Shown: positions 1-9,497 of the stretch, piece after piece | Layout: each line of letters starts with the position of its first letter | How positions within the stretch are numbered: position 1 is the stretch's first letter | Assembly: GCA_038741355.1 (NCBI GenBank) | Contig: JAVYLC010000007.1 | Coordinates: 17,851 to 49,850, forward strand | Reading direction: 5' to 3' | Source of the DNA: Nitrososphaerota archaeon | Lineage (GTDB): Archaea > Thermoproteota > Nitrososphaeria_A > Caldarchaeales > Calditenuaceae | DNA length: 32,000 nt | Notes under the pieces: generated by a model | The model's input: the letters and a program-made list of their open reading frames with translations, nothing else | The model's database searches: none | Told to the model about the DNA's origin: nothing | Translations under genes and position numbers: made by a program

Positions 1-1202
1 AGCCTGCTTCTTCTCACGTATGTGTTTAGCCCAAGTTTCAGCTTACCTTCCAAGAGACCTAACGCCTCGGCTAGGCTTCCACACTTTGCTTGGCTCCCCT
101 CTAGGGCCTCGCGCACAATCTCCCTAAACCTCCAGACTCCGAGCGGTATCCAACCCCTGTCCACCTCAAAGAAGACGATCACTCCAGCCTGTACCCCTAT
201 GCGGTTTAGATGCTGAAGGATTGGTAGCCTGCAAGCATAGTATGCGCCCCCCGTGTTGTCGGCGTAGCTTGAACGCCCCCACGAGAGCTCGTGGTCAGAA
301 TAGACAGCGCCACTCTTCACCCAGCCCTCCAGCAGCTCATACATCCAAGGCGTCGGCATCAAGACTACGTAGGCGGTGTTGAAGTGGGCGCTGAAGCTGT
401 AGACCCTGAACTCTCCTATGATCTTGTTGCGCTTAACGCGCCTTAAGGCTATCTTGCCCAGCATATCGTCGACAGCGGTTATGCTCCACTCTGTCGGGAC
501 CAAGTTCCTGTCTATTCGCCTTCCTAGTAGTCCAGCGGAGAGAAGTCTTGTGAGATAGTACTCGTCGATGCCTTGGCTTGATAGCTTCTGCACGGCTTCT
601 AATGCCGGAATGTATGGGTCGCTGATAACTCGATCAACCGGCCTAGGTATCGAGGGGTTGTCGATTAGCTTGATGTACTCGACCCGCCCGGCTGGTCCGT
701 ATGGGGCATGCCTCACACCAAGGCCCGGAACAAATCTTACCGCTCCAGATGACATCTTCAACTCGAGGTCAACTGGCTTTTGGGAGGCGGAAGAGTCCTG
801 CAGAGCATCTATTATCTTGGCCGGACTTCTTGCTAAGTCCACACGAACCCTTGTCCTTCCCATCAAGATGCCGAGCCTCATGTTTAGGAGTTCGTCTAAA
901 GGTATGTGGAGCCAGGACCTCGGCGACTCTAGGACCCGCGGATCTATGTCGGGTGTAAGTGCCATGCCTGTGCCCGCATAGACTCGGGGATACCCCCACT
1001 CTCCGACCAGTATTGTAGGAGGTGTTGGGCCGGACAATACCCCCATGCTCTTTATGGATTTTAGGGCCTCTCTTACTGCTTCTCTGTAGAAGGGGCATTT
1101 CATGAGACTGCAGTTCTTTGCAACTCCCCGGCAGACCTCGCAGCTGAAAGACTCTAGAACCTTCTCAGAGCCACTCGCCGATATCCAGCCCCAGCTCTCC
1201 AC
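1..1202 (-). CDS. Nre-like archaeal DNA-repair-associated protein (DUF650/DUF651-type); C-terminus lies beyond the left edge of the window
   Basis: Absent from the supplied ORF track because there is no stop codon inside the window. My own minus-strand translation from GTG (1202..1200) stays open to base 1. It reads VESWGW..SCEVCRGVAKNCSLMKCPFYREAV (Cys cluster), ..ILVGEWGYPRVYAG.., ..NLVPTEWSITAVDD.., ..NTGGAYYACRLPILQHL.. These motifs match my memory of the Nre N- and C-terminal domains. An in-frame ATG at 1103 is an alternative start but would remove the Cys cluster. Confidence 0.6.
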   Translation of the reverse strand, partial: MESWGWISASGSEKVLESFSCEVCRGVAKNCSLMKCPFYREAVREALKSIKSMGVLSGPTPPTILVGEWGYPRVYAGTGMALTPDIDPRVLESPRSWLHIPLDELLNMRLGILMGRTRVRVDLARSPAKIIDALQDSSASQKPVDLELKMSSGAVRFVPGLGVRHAPYGPAGRVEYIKLIDNPSIPRPVDRVISDPYIPALEAVQKLSSQGIDEYYLTRLLSAGLLGRRIDRNLVPTEWSITAVDDMLGKIALRRVKRNKIIGEFRVYSFSAHFNTAYVVLMPTPWMYELLEGWVKSGAVYSDHELSWGRSSYADNTGGAYYACRLPILQHLNRIGVQAGVIVFFEVDRGWIPLGVWRFREIVREALEGSQAKCGSLAEALGLLEGKLKLGLNTYVRRSR

Positions 1203-1301
1203 CCCACGTAAGATGGGCTAAACCAGTTATTCAAGGATTCCATTCCGCGGGTAACAGCTCCATAACTTTTAGGTTGAGCTAACTACCCATGATGGGGGGA
1301 G

Positions 1302-2519
1302 ATGGCGGAGAGTCGGTGTAGACCCGCAATAATAGTGGCGGCTTCGGAGATAATGCTCAAGGGTGGAAACAGGCCTAGGTATGAGCGTCTGTTGGCCAAG
1401 AACATCGCCGACGCAGTTCAGGGGAGTGGGGCGAGGGTATATCGTAAGCAGGCTAGGATAATAGTTGAGTCGGGGAATGGCGAAGAGTTTGAGGGGCTGG
1501 CGGAGCGGATAAGCAGAATCCCGGGCGTGAGGTGGGTCCGGATAGGGTGTTTGATTCCGCGGGAGTATGAGCTGCTCATGCGCGTAGCTGAGGAGAAGGC
1601 GAGTGAGCTCAGGCCATCCCGCATAGCTGTCAAAGCATCCCGCGCAGATAAGTCCTACCCGAAGACCTCCCTCGAGATTATGCAGGAGCTGGGTGAGCGT
1701 ATAAGAAGTGCATCAGGGGCAGTGGTGGATTTGACGAATCCGGAGACGGTCTTTTGGGTGAGTGTGCTTGATGATGTTTTCCTCTTTGGTTGGCGTAGGA
1801 TTGAGGGCGTCGGCGGCCTGCCTGTAGGCGCATCGGGCAGGGTGCTTGCACTCCTTTCAGGGGGGCTAGACTCGCCTGTCGCGGCTTGGCTAATGATGAA
1901 GCGTGGATGCATCGTGGATATGCTCCACATCTACGCGCTTCCCACACCGCAGGACGCCCTGTCCGAGAAGATTGGGGAGCTCTTCCTAAAGCTAAAGGAG
2001 ACAAGCCCTTCCTCGAGGCTCTTCCTCGCCCCTTATCATCACTTCTTGAGCAACGCCCTCTCAGCTAAGCCGAGGCTTGAGCTGGCCCTCTTCAGGAGGT
2101 TCATGCTAAGGCTCGCCGAGGCTTTGAGCTTAGAGATTGGGGCGAAGGCCATCGTTACCGGTGACTCGTTAGGCCAGGTTGCTTCTCAGACCCTCGAGTC
2201 CCTCCACGCTGCCTCCTACGGCCTCAGGCTTGTAGTGCTGCGCCCACTTGCAGGCTACGACAAGGAGGAGATTATCCGCCTTTCGAAGATGCTGGGTCTA
2301 TATGATCTCTCCACCCGGGACTACAAGGATTGCTGCTCAATCTTATCGAGGCATCCCATACCGAGGCCCAAACTCGAGGATGTGGAGGAGGAGTGGAGGA
2401 GGCTGGGGCTTGATGACGCCGTGGCTAAGACTCTCGAGGAGGTCTACGTTTTTGACGGCTCGCGCTTAGAGGCTTGGAAAAATATATCTACTGGGCGGCA
2501 GGACATATCGCAGGAATGA
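1302..2519 (+). CDS. thiI: tRNA 4-thiouridine (s4U8) sulfurtransferase ThiI, archaeal type without a rhodanese domain
   Basis: 405 aa. A THUMP-like N-terminal half is followed by a PP-loop (LALLSGGLDSPVAAWLMMKRG) and a C-terminal DCCSILSRHP motif, the typical ThiI architecture. ATG start. Confidence 0.85.
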   Translation: MAESRCRPAIIVAASEIMLKGGNRPRYERLLAKNIADAVQGSGARVYRKQARIIVESGNGEEFEGLAERISRIPGVRWVRIGCLIPREYELLMRVAEEKASELRPSRIAVKASRADKSYPKTSLEIMQELGERIRSASGAVVDLTNPETVFWVSVLDDVFLFGWRRIEGVGGLPVGASGRVLALLSGGLDSPVAAWLMMKRGCIVDMLHIYALPTPQDALSEKIGELFLKLKETSPSSRLFLAPYHHFLSNALSAKPRLELALFRRFMLRLAEALSLEIGAKAIVTGDSLGQVASQTLESLHAASYGLRLVVLRPLAGYDKEEIIRLSKMLGLYDLSTRDYKDCCSILSRHPIPRPKLEDVEEEWRRLGLDDAVAKTLEEVYVFDGSRLEAWKNISTGRQDISQE

Positions 2520-2570
2520 TGAGATTTGTCTCAGCTGAGCTGTGAAGATACCAGCTCACCCTGACCCAAG

Positions 2571-4187
2571 GTGCATATTTCTTTGCCTCCGAGTAGTTTG
2601 GCCGGAAAATGGGGCTTGGACATCGTCCACAAATATCATGAGTCGACCAAGCACAGCTATGCCAGCATCAGGGTTGGCTCTGGGTTCCTCGACTTCTCCA
2701 ACAAGCCATACCCGTTCAAATACTATGTAAGCGGAGAGAAGCTGCAACTCCCCAGCAAATTCGAGAAGCCCGAGAGCCCGGCCCTAGACGCACTGATGTG
2801 TAGCACACCTGCCAAGCCATCACCCAACACGTCACCCAGCCTACTAGCGTCACTTCTCTACTTCACGGCTGGGATAAGCCGCGTCGAGCTGGTCGGAGAC
2901 CACTACATCTATTTCAGGGTGGCGCCGGCTACTGGCGCGCTATACAGTACCGAACTCTACCCCGTGATCAGCAGCGCTGAGGGCTTGGAGGCGGGGGTCT
3001 ATCACTTTGACCCGGGCGAGTTCGTCCTCACCAGGCTGAGGAGGGGGGACTATAGACGGGTACTGGCGTCAGCCCTTCAAGACGAGGGCGTCCTACGCTC
3101 GCGGATGGCGGTAGTCTTCACGGCATATGGCTGGCGGAATGCTTGGAAGTATAGGGAGAGGAGCTATAGACACTGGTTCTGGGACGGCGGTGCGATGATC
3201 GCCAACTTCTTAGCCGTTGCCTGCTCGTTCGGCCTCGAGGCAATGCTCCACGTAGGATTTGGCGACACTATTGTGAACGAGCTAGTGGGTGTTGATGGCG
3301 AGGACGAGGCGGCCTTCGCGGTCATAACCGTGGATGGCGGAGTGGGGGCTGCAGGTTCAGAGTCTCCGGAGAGGGTGGCCGGCACCGTCGAGGCTGTTCC
3401 CGCCGCCCCAAGAGGCAGGCCTGTGAAATACTCTCTAATCTCTGAGACACATGCATCAACCATGCTCCGCTCCGGCGATGATGTTGCGGCTTGGAAGAGG
3501 TCTGCAGCTCTGCTACACGGGTTGGATGGAGACGGGGGTGCTGGGCTTCCAGTCCAACCACCTCAGCCGGCAACAACAGAGAAGAGGCTATGGGAAGTGA
3601 TTCTACAGCGAGGCTCAACCAGAAAGTTTGCGCGAAGAAGTATTGGAGCCCCCCAGCTCTCAGCCATACTCAGATACAGCTTCGGCCCTCTGAGGGCGGA
3701 TTTCCTACCAGACCCTAGCTACACGCTAATCCAACCCCACCTGATCGTAAATGCGGTAGAGGGTATTCCCAGCGGCTGTTACCGATATATACCTTCTATG
3801 GGCGAGCTGCGGCTCTTGAGGAAGGGACAGTTCAGGGAGGCCGCCGGCTACCTATGCCTAGAACAGGCCTTGGGCAGGGACGCGTCAGTCGTCTTCTTCA
3901 ACATGGCCGACTTAGATAGAGTGTTAGGGGTGCTTGGTGGGCGGGGGTATCGCGCAGTCCAGCTCGAGGGTGGGATAAGGCTTGGGAGGCTCTATCTATC
4001 CGCCTACTCACTCGGCCTCGGCGCAACCGGGCTAACATTCTACGACGACGACTGCGTGGAGTTTTTCTCACCCAGTTCAGAAGGCTTAGAAATGGTGACA
4101 GTCGTGGCCATAGGGTATCCGGCCTACACGCCCAAACCAGGCAGCATTAGGTCCGGAATACTCAAGCACCCGGCGAAGGCGCTCTAA
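2571..4187 (+). CDS. Tandem SagB/ThcOx-type nitroreductase-fold (FMN) dehydrogenase family protein
   Basis: 538 aa. The first half has YHESTKH and RVAPATGALYSTELY, signatures I associate with the SagB-type dehydrogenase domain. The second half has nitroreductase-like ILQRGSTRKFARRSI and YRAVQLEGGIRLGRLYLSAYSLGLGATG. The halves are joined by a Gly/Ala/Pro-rich linker. The start is uncertain (GTG 2571, TTG 2583 or TTG 2598). Confidence 0.7.
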   Translation: MHISLPPSSLAGKWGLDIVHKYHESTKHSYASIRVGSGFLDFSNKPYPFKYYVSGEKLQLPSKFEKPESPALDALMCSTPAKPSPNTSPSLLASLLYFTAGISRVELVGDHYIYFRVAPATGALYSTELYPVISSAEGLEAGVYHFDPGEFVLTRLRRGDYRRVLASALQDEGVLRSRMAVVFTAYGWRNAWKYRERSYRHWFWDGGAMIANFLAVACSFGLEAMLHVGFGDTIVNELVGVDGEDEAAFAVITVDGGVGAAGSESPERVAGTVEAVPAAPRGRPVKYSLISETHASTMLRSGDDVAAWKRSAALLHGLDGDGGAGLPVQPPQPATTEKRLWEVILQRGSTRKFARRSIGAPQLSAILRYSFGPLRADFLPDPSYTLIQPHLIVNAVEGIPSGCYRYIPSMGELRLLRKGQFREAAGYLCLEQALGRDASVVFFNMADLDRVLGVLGGRGYRAVQLEGGIRLGRLYLSAYSLGLGATGLTFYDDDCVEFFSPSSEGLEMVTVVAIGYPAYTPKPGSIRSGILKHPAKAL

Positions 4188-4217
4188 ACAGCCCTACGCC
4201 AAGACTATAACTCGGGA

Positions 4218-5222
4218 TTGCAGAGTAGATTTGGCTTGGAGACGGGAACTAGGTTATGCGATGTATGCGGAGAGGCCCAGCCGGTCTACAGGCAGGTCTA
4301 CTCAGGGGTAAGCTTCTGCACCTCCTGCTTCAAGGAGAGCATAGAGAAGCGTGTGAGGAAGACTATCTCGAGATACAGCCTCCTGAGGGAGGATGACAGA
4401 ATTCTCGTAGCGGTCTCGGGAGGCAAAGACAGCCTAAGCCTCCTCAAGATCCTCGCCAAGATTGAAAGGGCGTATCCTAGGGCGAGCCTTGTCGCGGTTT
4501 CAATAGACGAGGGTATTCCGAGCTACAGGGACGAGGCCCTGAGACTCGCTGCTGACGTGTGTAGGCGGCTCGGCGTCGAGCACCGTGTATACACATTCGA
4601 GGACCTATTTGGGCTGGGCCTATCCGAGGCTATGAGGAGGGGTGTTCTAGCTCGGCTGGGGCTGGGTGCCTGTTCGCTATGCGGGGTCTGGAGGAGAAAG
4701 GCCATCAGCCTTGCCGCAAGGGAGTTGAAGGTAACAGTCGTCGCCACGGCCCATACGCTCGACGACATAGTCCAAACCTATCTAATGGACATTCTCCGCG
4801 GCGAGTTCCCAAAGGCGCCACTAGGCTTGAGAAGGGAGGGAAACGGGATCATACCCCGCGTAGCACCTCTCAGACTGATCCCGGAGGAGGAGGTCGTCCT
4901 ATACGCCTATCTCAGCCGCATACCCTTCCAAGAAAAACCATGCCCAAACGCCCAGAACTCCCAGAGAGACCTGGTGAGAACCTTCCTAGCCCAGTATGAG
5001 TCAAGATACCCGGGCTCACTATTTGCCGCCCTCAAAACAATCGAGTCAAGCATAATCCCACGCGAAGGAGCCCTCACACCGTGCCAGCTATGCGGTGAGC
5101 CATCCTCCAGAACCATCTGCCGCGCATGTGAACTGGAGAGCCAAGTCTCCAGCCTTCTCGGTGAGGAGAGTAAACTACTCGGAGCGAATATTGGTGTAGA
5201 TGATGTACAGGGCATAGATTGA
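4218..5222 (+). CDS. TtuA/NcsA-type tRNA 2-thiolation PP-loop ATPase with N- and C-terminal zinc fingers
   Basis: 334 aa. N-terminal CDVCGE..x..CTSCF, PP-loop VAVSGGKDSLSLL, central GACSLCGVWRR and KPCPNA cysteines (Fe-S ligand pattern), C-terminal CQLCGE..x..CRAC. TTG start at 4218. The last roughly 28 aa after the final CxxC may be read-through tail. Confidence 0.8.
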   Translation: MQSRFGLETGTRLCDVCGEAQPVYRQVYSGVSFCTSCFKESIEKRVRKTISRYSLLREDDRILVAVSGGKDSLSLLKILAKIERAYPRASLVAVSIDEGIPSYRDEALRLAADVCRRLGVEHRVYTFEDLFGLGLSEAMRRGVLARLGLGACSLCGVWRRKAISLAARELKVTVVATAHTLDDIVQTYLMDILRGEFPKAPLGLRREGNGIIPRVAPLRLIPEEEVVLYAYLSRIPFQEKPCPNAQNSQRDLVRTFLAQYESRYPGSLFAALKTIESSIIPREGALTPCQLCGEPSSRTICRACELESQVSSLLGEESKLLGANIGVDDVQGID

Positions 5223-5288
5223 GAGGCCTAGCAGGAATAGGATGTATGCGTTCGTATACAGCATGTCGAAGAATTGGCTCGGCGACAT
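5175..5288 (-). CDS. Hypothetical 37-aa single-pass membrane micro-protein (speculative)
   Basis: My own translation: MSPSQFFDMLYTNAYILFLLGLSIYALYIIYTNIRSE, stop TAG. One hydrophobic helix. It lies 64 nt downstream of the reverse gyrase stop on the same strand and overlaps the 3' tail of the TtuA-like ORF by 48 nt. It is below the track's size cut-off. There is no family recognition. Confidence 0.2.
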   Translation of the reverse strand: MSPSQFFDMLYTNAYILFLLGLSIYALYIIYTNIRSE

Positions 5289-5352
5289 TCCTGACCTACC
5301 TTATTCTGTAACATGTCTCGACGTATTAAAACCTCTCTCCAAAGCTACAGTC

Positions 5353-8300
5353 TCACACCTTCTCAGGCAGCCTCGAGATTAGCATCGCCTCGTTATACAG
5401 CTCTTTTAAGACCTCTTGATAGCCCACCTCTCCGGACTCCACCCTCTCCATAAGTTCCTCCAGCCTCCTTGTCAACTCCTCTGAAACAAGTGGTCCAAAG
5501 TTTGATGCGAGATACTCGTAGACTATTCTTCCAAGCCTTGTCGCTAGGATCCTGCCCCTGTTGTTGAAGATGTATCCTCTCTTGTAGAGGACGCTGAGTA
5601 TCCTTGCATAGGTGCTTGGACGGCCTATCCCTCTCTCCCGCATGAGGGCTATAATGTCGCCCTCACGGAATAGGGGGGCTGCTTGGACACTCCTCACGTC
5701 CAAGCTGACTACCTTGTGGATACCCGGAGTCAGCGGCCTAAGGGTTCTAACAGTCTGGAAGACCTTGAGAAAACCTGGCTCCAAGACATCCACAATCCTC
5801 TCGACCTCATATTCCCGGTCAAGCACCCTCACTTTGCTGACCTGTCTCCGGATTAGAGCCTCCCTCATCTGGCTTGCCATGAAACGCCTGAAGATCAGGT
5901 CGTAGAGGGCGAGGTCCCTATTCTCTAGCCTCATAGGTATTCTAATCATGCCTGACTGGAGGTAGAGTTCAAGCTGCCTTCGATTGAGCGGCCTTGTCGG
6001 CCTGATGCATTCGTGCGCTCCGGGCTCGCCGTGATGCCTTGGCGAAAAAAGTTCCGGATGGTTCTCACCAATATAGCTCTTAGCCACCGATATTCCGGTG
6101 GAGGAGACATAGGTTGATCCTGTCCTATGATACGTTATCAGGCCGGATTCGAAGAGCCTCTGAGCCACCTGCATCGTCTCTGCAGCACTCATCCTGAGCA
6201 TAATCGAGGCGTCTCGTAGAAGCGAGTCTGTGGTGTAGGGGCGCGGCGGGGGGAGAGTTGTCTCAACAACATCTACCCCGGTTACCTCGACCCGGAGCGA
6301 CCCGTCCCTGTAATTCCTTTTAACATCTTCAACACCCACGAGATTCTCCAACAATATCTCAGAACCATCATCAAGCGCCATTGCCGCAACGATCCGCTTC
6401 TTCTTCGCCTCCTCCATCCTCTGGAGGATCCATCCGAGCACTGGTGTCTGAACCCGGCCCGCAGAGAGGTGTTTTTTGCCAAAGTGTTCCCAGAGACGTC
6501 TACTCAGCTCAAAGCCCACCCACCTATCCTCTATTCTCCTAATGGTCTGAGCCTCGACCAGGGGGAGCGAGAGGTCTCGCGGAGACTTGAGAGCGTCCCG
6601 AAGCGCTTTTCTAGTAATCTCGTGGAACTCTAGCCTTTTAATCGATTTGTTGAATGGCTTGATGTTTACAAAGATGTCATAGCCGATCTTCTCACCTTCA
6701 GCGTCGGGGTCAGTAGCTATGAAGACCGTGTCAAATTCTAGTGAGAGCTTACGGAGAGACTCGATGATTGTTCGCTTGCTGTAGTAATTCTTTGAGCCGC
6801 AGTTCGGGCACAACTCTCCGTCTGTAAACTGTTCCCCACACCTCAGACATCTTTTAATGTCGACATAGGTTGGTACGAACTCGCCATCGACTACTGATAC
6901 ACCGTGGAATCCGTAGCCAGTAGTTAGGTCTACTATATGTCCTTGAGAGGCTGAGAGGCATGCAACATATCCCTCACCTATTGACTCATAAACCGTTAAT
7001 CCGTCGATAATCCGCTTGGCTGGCCTTCCGAAAAAGTAAGCCAAGGTTCTGGCTTTTGTAGGCGACTCAACTATTATTAAAGATGATTTTAGAATATCGA
7101 TTGCCTCGTGCCTAACTTCCTCGGTGCTTATAGCCTGTAGAAGTTTCCGGTCCCTATCACAGAGTTTGAACTCTTCCTCAGCTAGGTCTGGCTGATACTC
7201 TTGAAATGTCTCTTCGTATAGTGCTTCCACACCTCTTGAAATTCCTCTGAATGCCTTCTCGTCATCGACTATCAAAATAGAGATTCCCCTGGTTATTCCT
7301 CCCGCGAACATTCTCGATGAACGGCCAGATGCCTGAACATATCCGTCAATGTCAGGTATCAGTATAGAGAGACCCTTTTCATCTGCGCGAATCTTTAGAT
7401 CCAGCATCTCAGCAATCCTTCTCAGCTCCTCCTCCCCGATCGAGGACTTTAGGAGCTGGTGGGCCCTCGTAACTGCAGAGTATACATAGCCCGCAAACCC
7501 ATCAGGAGGGGTACTAGTCTCAAGCCCATGCCTAACCGCCTCCAATATCTCGCTACGAGTGGGAACACACTTGTTTAGCATCCCCATCACTTGGACGAGT
7601 TCAGCTTCCCTCTTCTCCCTAATAATTGGGGCCAAATTTCTCAAGACGCTCAGAAGCATCGAGGGTCGATACTCGCTCCAAGTTACATTCAACTCCCTTC
7701 TCGGCACGCCGGCGAAGATTACATACCTTATCCGCTCCGGAAGGTCAATACCTCTCGCGAGCGGACTTCTAGTACTAGCTACACCTACTAGGACGTCATA
7801 TTCGCCTGACTTGAAACGCTCCAGCATCTTCACATACATCCTCTCGTAGGCGTACGCCTTTATCCCACGGCTGTTTAGATACTGTGCAAGCTGTTTTGCC
7901 GAGTCGACACCTGCCACCTGTGGAACAAATACTAGGCACCCTCCGCCATGCTTCTCTACGAGCCCGGCAACATCTTCCCAGAGACTCCTGCTTGGTCGCA
8001 GATACATGTTCGAGACATTCCTGACGAGGTCTATTGAGCTCCCAGGCTCAAAATTTAGCGCAAGCCTAAACAGTCTCATCCTCTTGGTTCTCCGACCCCT
8101 CATAGTGGCTCCCGAGACCAGGAGAACGGAGTCCAGCTCCCTATCACTACCGGGAGAGACTTCATAGTGGTTGTAGCCCTCAGCTTCGTCGGATTTGCCT
8201 GAAATTAATTGAAGGTATTTCACGACCTCCTCAAGAGTGAACCCCATCATCAATAGTATCTTGTCAATATTTTTTGGAGACTTGAGGAATGAGTCAACGT

Positions 8301-8904
8301 CATCCACAAATATGAATGAAAACTTCTTATTACTGAGTAAGTCGTACCGGCTGTAGAGGAATCTATCGGTTGTGATTAGTATGTCGAAGTCATCCTCGGT
8401 GATTTGTTGTAGCACCTGGTTGGCGTTACTTTTCTTCATTCCTGAGTAGTATCCGACTATTCTGGGCTTTTCCTCTTCCAGCTTGGAGGCTAGGGCCGCG
8501 GCCCTTTCGAGGAGGTGTTGGACAAGGAGGCTAGTGGGGACGACTATGTATGACTTCTTTCCTTTAGTGGCTTGGTAGAGCGCCATTGCTAGACAGAATG
8601 TCGTCTTGCCTGTCCCTGTGGGGGATATTAGTGAGAAGCTTCTGCCGAGGAGGACCCTCCTAGCCCATGTCCTCTGAAGCGACCATGGGCGCGATCCTAC
8701 GATCTTGTTGAAGAAGGTCTCAAATTCCTTGAACCTCTCCTCCAGCTCCAGCACCTGAACATATTTCCCAGGCTTAATCCGGAGCCGGCCTCCCTCTTGG
8801 AGGCCGCCTATAAGGCACTGCCTGCATACTCCAAGCTCTATCAGCTCCTCATCTGTTATTACGCCATCGCAGTTGGGGCAGAGCGAGACATAGACCGACT
8901 TCAA
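5353..8904 (-). CDS. rgy: Reverse gyrase (helicase-like domain fused to type IA topoisomerase)
   Basis: 1183 aa. N-terminal zinc finger CPNCDG..CRQC; Walker A SPTGTGKTT; DEAD-like FIFVDDVDSF; TOPRIM IIVESPTKARTL and ATDPDAEGEKIGYD; internal Cys4 CLRCGE..CPNCGS; topoisomerase active-site region ITYHRTGSTYVS. TTG start at 8904. Confidence 0.95.
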   Translation of the reverse strand: MKSVYVSLCPNCDGVITDEELIELGVCRQCLIGGLQEGGRLRIKPGKYVQVLELEERFKEFETFFNKIVGSRPWSLQRTWARRVLLGRSFSLISPTGTGKTTFCLAMALYQATKGKKSYIVVPTSLLVQHLLERAAALASKLEEEKPRIVGYYSGMKKSNANQVLQQITEDDFDILITTDRFLYSRYDLLSNKKFSFIFVDDVDSFLKSPKNIDKILLMMGFTLEEVVKYLQLISGKSDEAEGYNHYEVSPGSDRELDSVLLVSGATMRGRRTKRMRLFRLALNFEPGSSIDLVRNVSNMYLRPSRSLWEDVAGLVEKHGGGCLVFVPQVAGVDSAKQLAQYLNSRGIKAYAYERMYVKMLERFKSGEYDVLVGVASTRSPLARGIDLPERIRYVIFAGVPRRELNVTWSEYRPSMLLSVLRNLAPIIREKREAELVQVMGMLNKCVPTRSEILEAVRHGLETSTPPDGFAGYVYSAVTRAHQLLKSSIGEEELRRIAEMLDLKIRADEKGLSILIPDIDGYVQASGRSSRMFAGGITRGISILIVDDEKAFRGISRGVEALYEETFQEYQPDLAEEEFKLCDRDRKLLQAISTEEVRHEAIDILKSSLIIVESPTKARTLAYFFGRPAKRIIDGLTVYESIGEGYVACLSASQGHIVDLTTGYGFHGVSVVDGEFVPTYVDIKRCLRCGEQFTDGELCPNCGSKNYYSKRTIIESLRKLSLEFDTVFIATDPDAEGEKIGYDIFVNIKPFNKSIKRLEFHEITRKALRDALKSPRDLSLPLVEAQTIRRIEDRWVGFELSRRLWEHFGKKHLSAGRVQTPVLGWILQRMEEAKKKRIVAAMALDDGSEILLENLVGVEDVKRNYRDGSLRVEVTGVDVVETTLPPPRPYTTDSLLRDASIMLRMSAAETMQVAQRLFESGLITYHRTGSTYVSSTGISVAKSYIGENHPELFSPRHHGEPGAHECIRPTRPLNRRQLELYLQSGMIRIPMRLENRDLALYDLIFRRFMASQMREALIRRQVSKVRVLDREYEVERIVDVLEPGFLKVFQTVRTLRPLTPGIHKVVSLDVRSVQAAPLFREGDIIALMRERGIGRPSTYARILSVLYKRGYIFNNRGRILATRLGRIVYEYLASNFGPLVSEELTRRLEELMERVESGEVGYQEVLKELYNEAMLISRLPEKV

Positions 8905-8969
8905 AACTAGGCCTATGTTAAGGATGGCTTGCTCATCCTCAAATATTATTCCTTCCAGAGTCTATTAGA

Positions 8970-9497
8970 TTGGCTGACTGGATTACCCACCTCTCACTCG
9001 TTAAACGCGATTCGGCTCCGATGGGTGGCCGGGGTGAGTGCGCGGTCTCGGCTATACTGACTATGGATGGTGACTTATTGCTTGTCAAGAGGGGGTATAG
9101 GTTTGGAGACCCCTGGAGTAGGCACTGGGCGCTTCCAGGAGGTTTTTGGAAGGAGTCAGACGGTAATCTACTCAACACCGCTCTCCGGGAGGTTCTGGAG
9201 GAGGTTGGTATAGAGGCCAAGGACCTTAGGCTGCTGGGCTGGCTTACACCGAGAAGTCCGAGAAATAGACCCGAGCTAACCGTCCACCCACTGGTCTTTA
9301 TAGCTCAGGAGAAGCCGCCTGTTAGGCTTGCGGACGAACTGGAAGACTACAGGTGGGCGCCACTTTATGCGCTAGAGAGGGGGAGGCGTGTGGTAGAGAC
9401 GTCTCATGGCCCGGCTGAGGTTGATGCCTACGTCTGGAGCGACGTCGTGGTCTGGGGGCTTACATACATTATATTAAGAGAGCTTAGGGGCGAGTGA
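8970..9497 (+). CDS. Nudix hydrolase
   Basis: 175 aa. Nudix box GGFWKESDGNLLNTALREVLEEVGI (GX5EX7REUXEEXGU). The start is TTG 8970 or ATG 9021. An AAATATTATT box at 8941-8950 lies about 20 nt upstream of 8970. The 3' end overlaps the convergent neighbour by 24 nt. Confidence 0.8.
   Translation: MADWITHLSLVKRDSAPMGGRGECAVSAILTMDGDLLLVKRGYRFGDPWSRHWALPGGFWKESDGNLLNTALREVLEEVGIEAKDLRLLGWLTPRSPRNRPELTVHPLVFIAQEKPPVRLADELEDYRWAPLYALERGRRVVETSHGPAEVDAYVWSDVVVWGLTYIILRELRGE

Noticed and set aside
2520-4217. The idea that the SagB-type gene marks a thiazole/oxazole RiPP (TOMM) biosynthetic cluster.
   Set aside because: There is no YcaO/cyclodehydratase, no Cys/Ser/Thr-rich precursor ORF, and no protease or exporter nearby. 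The neighbours are tRNA-modification enzymes.
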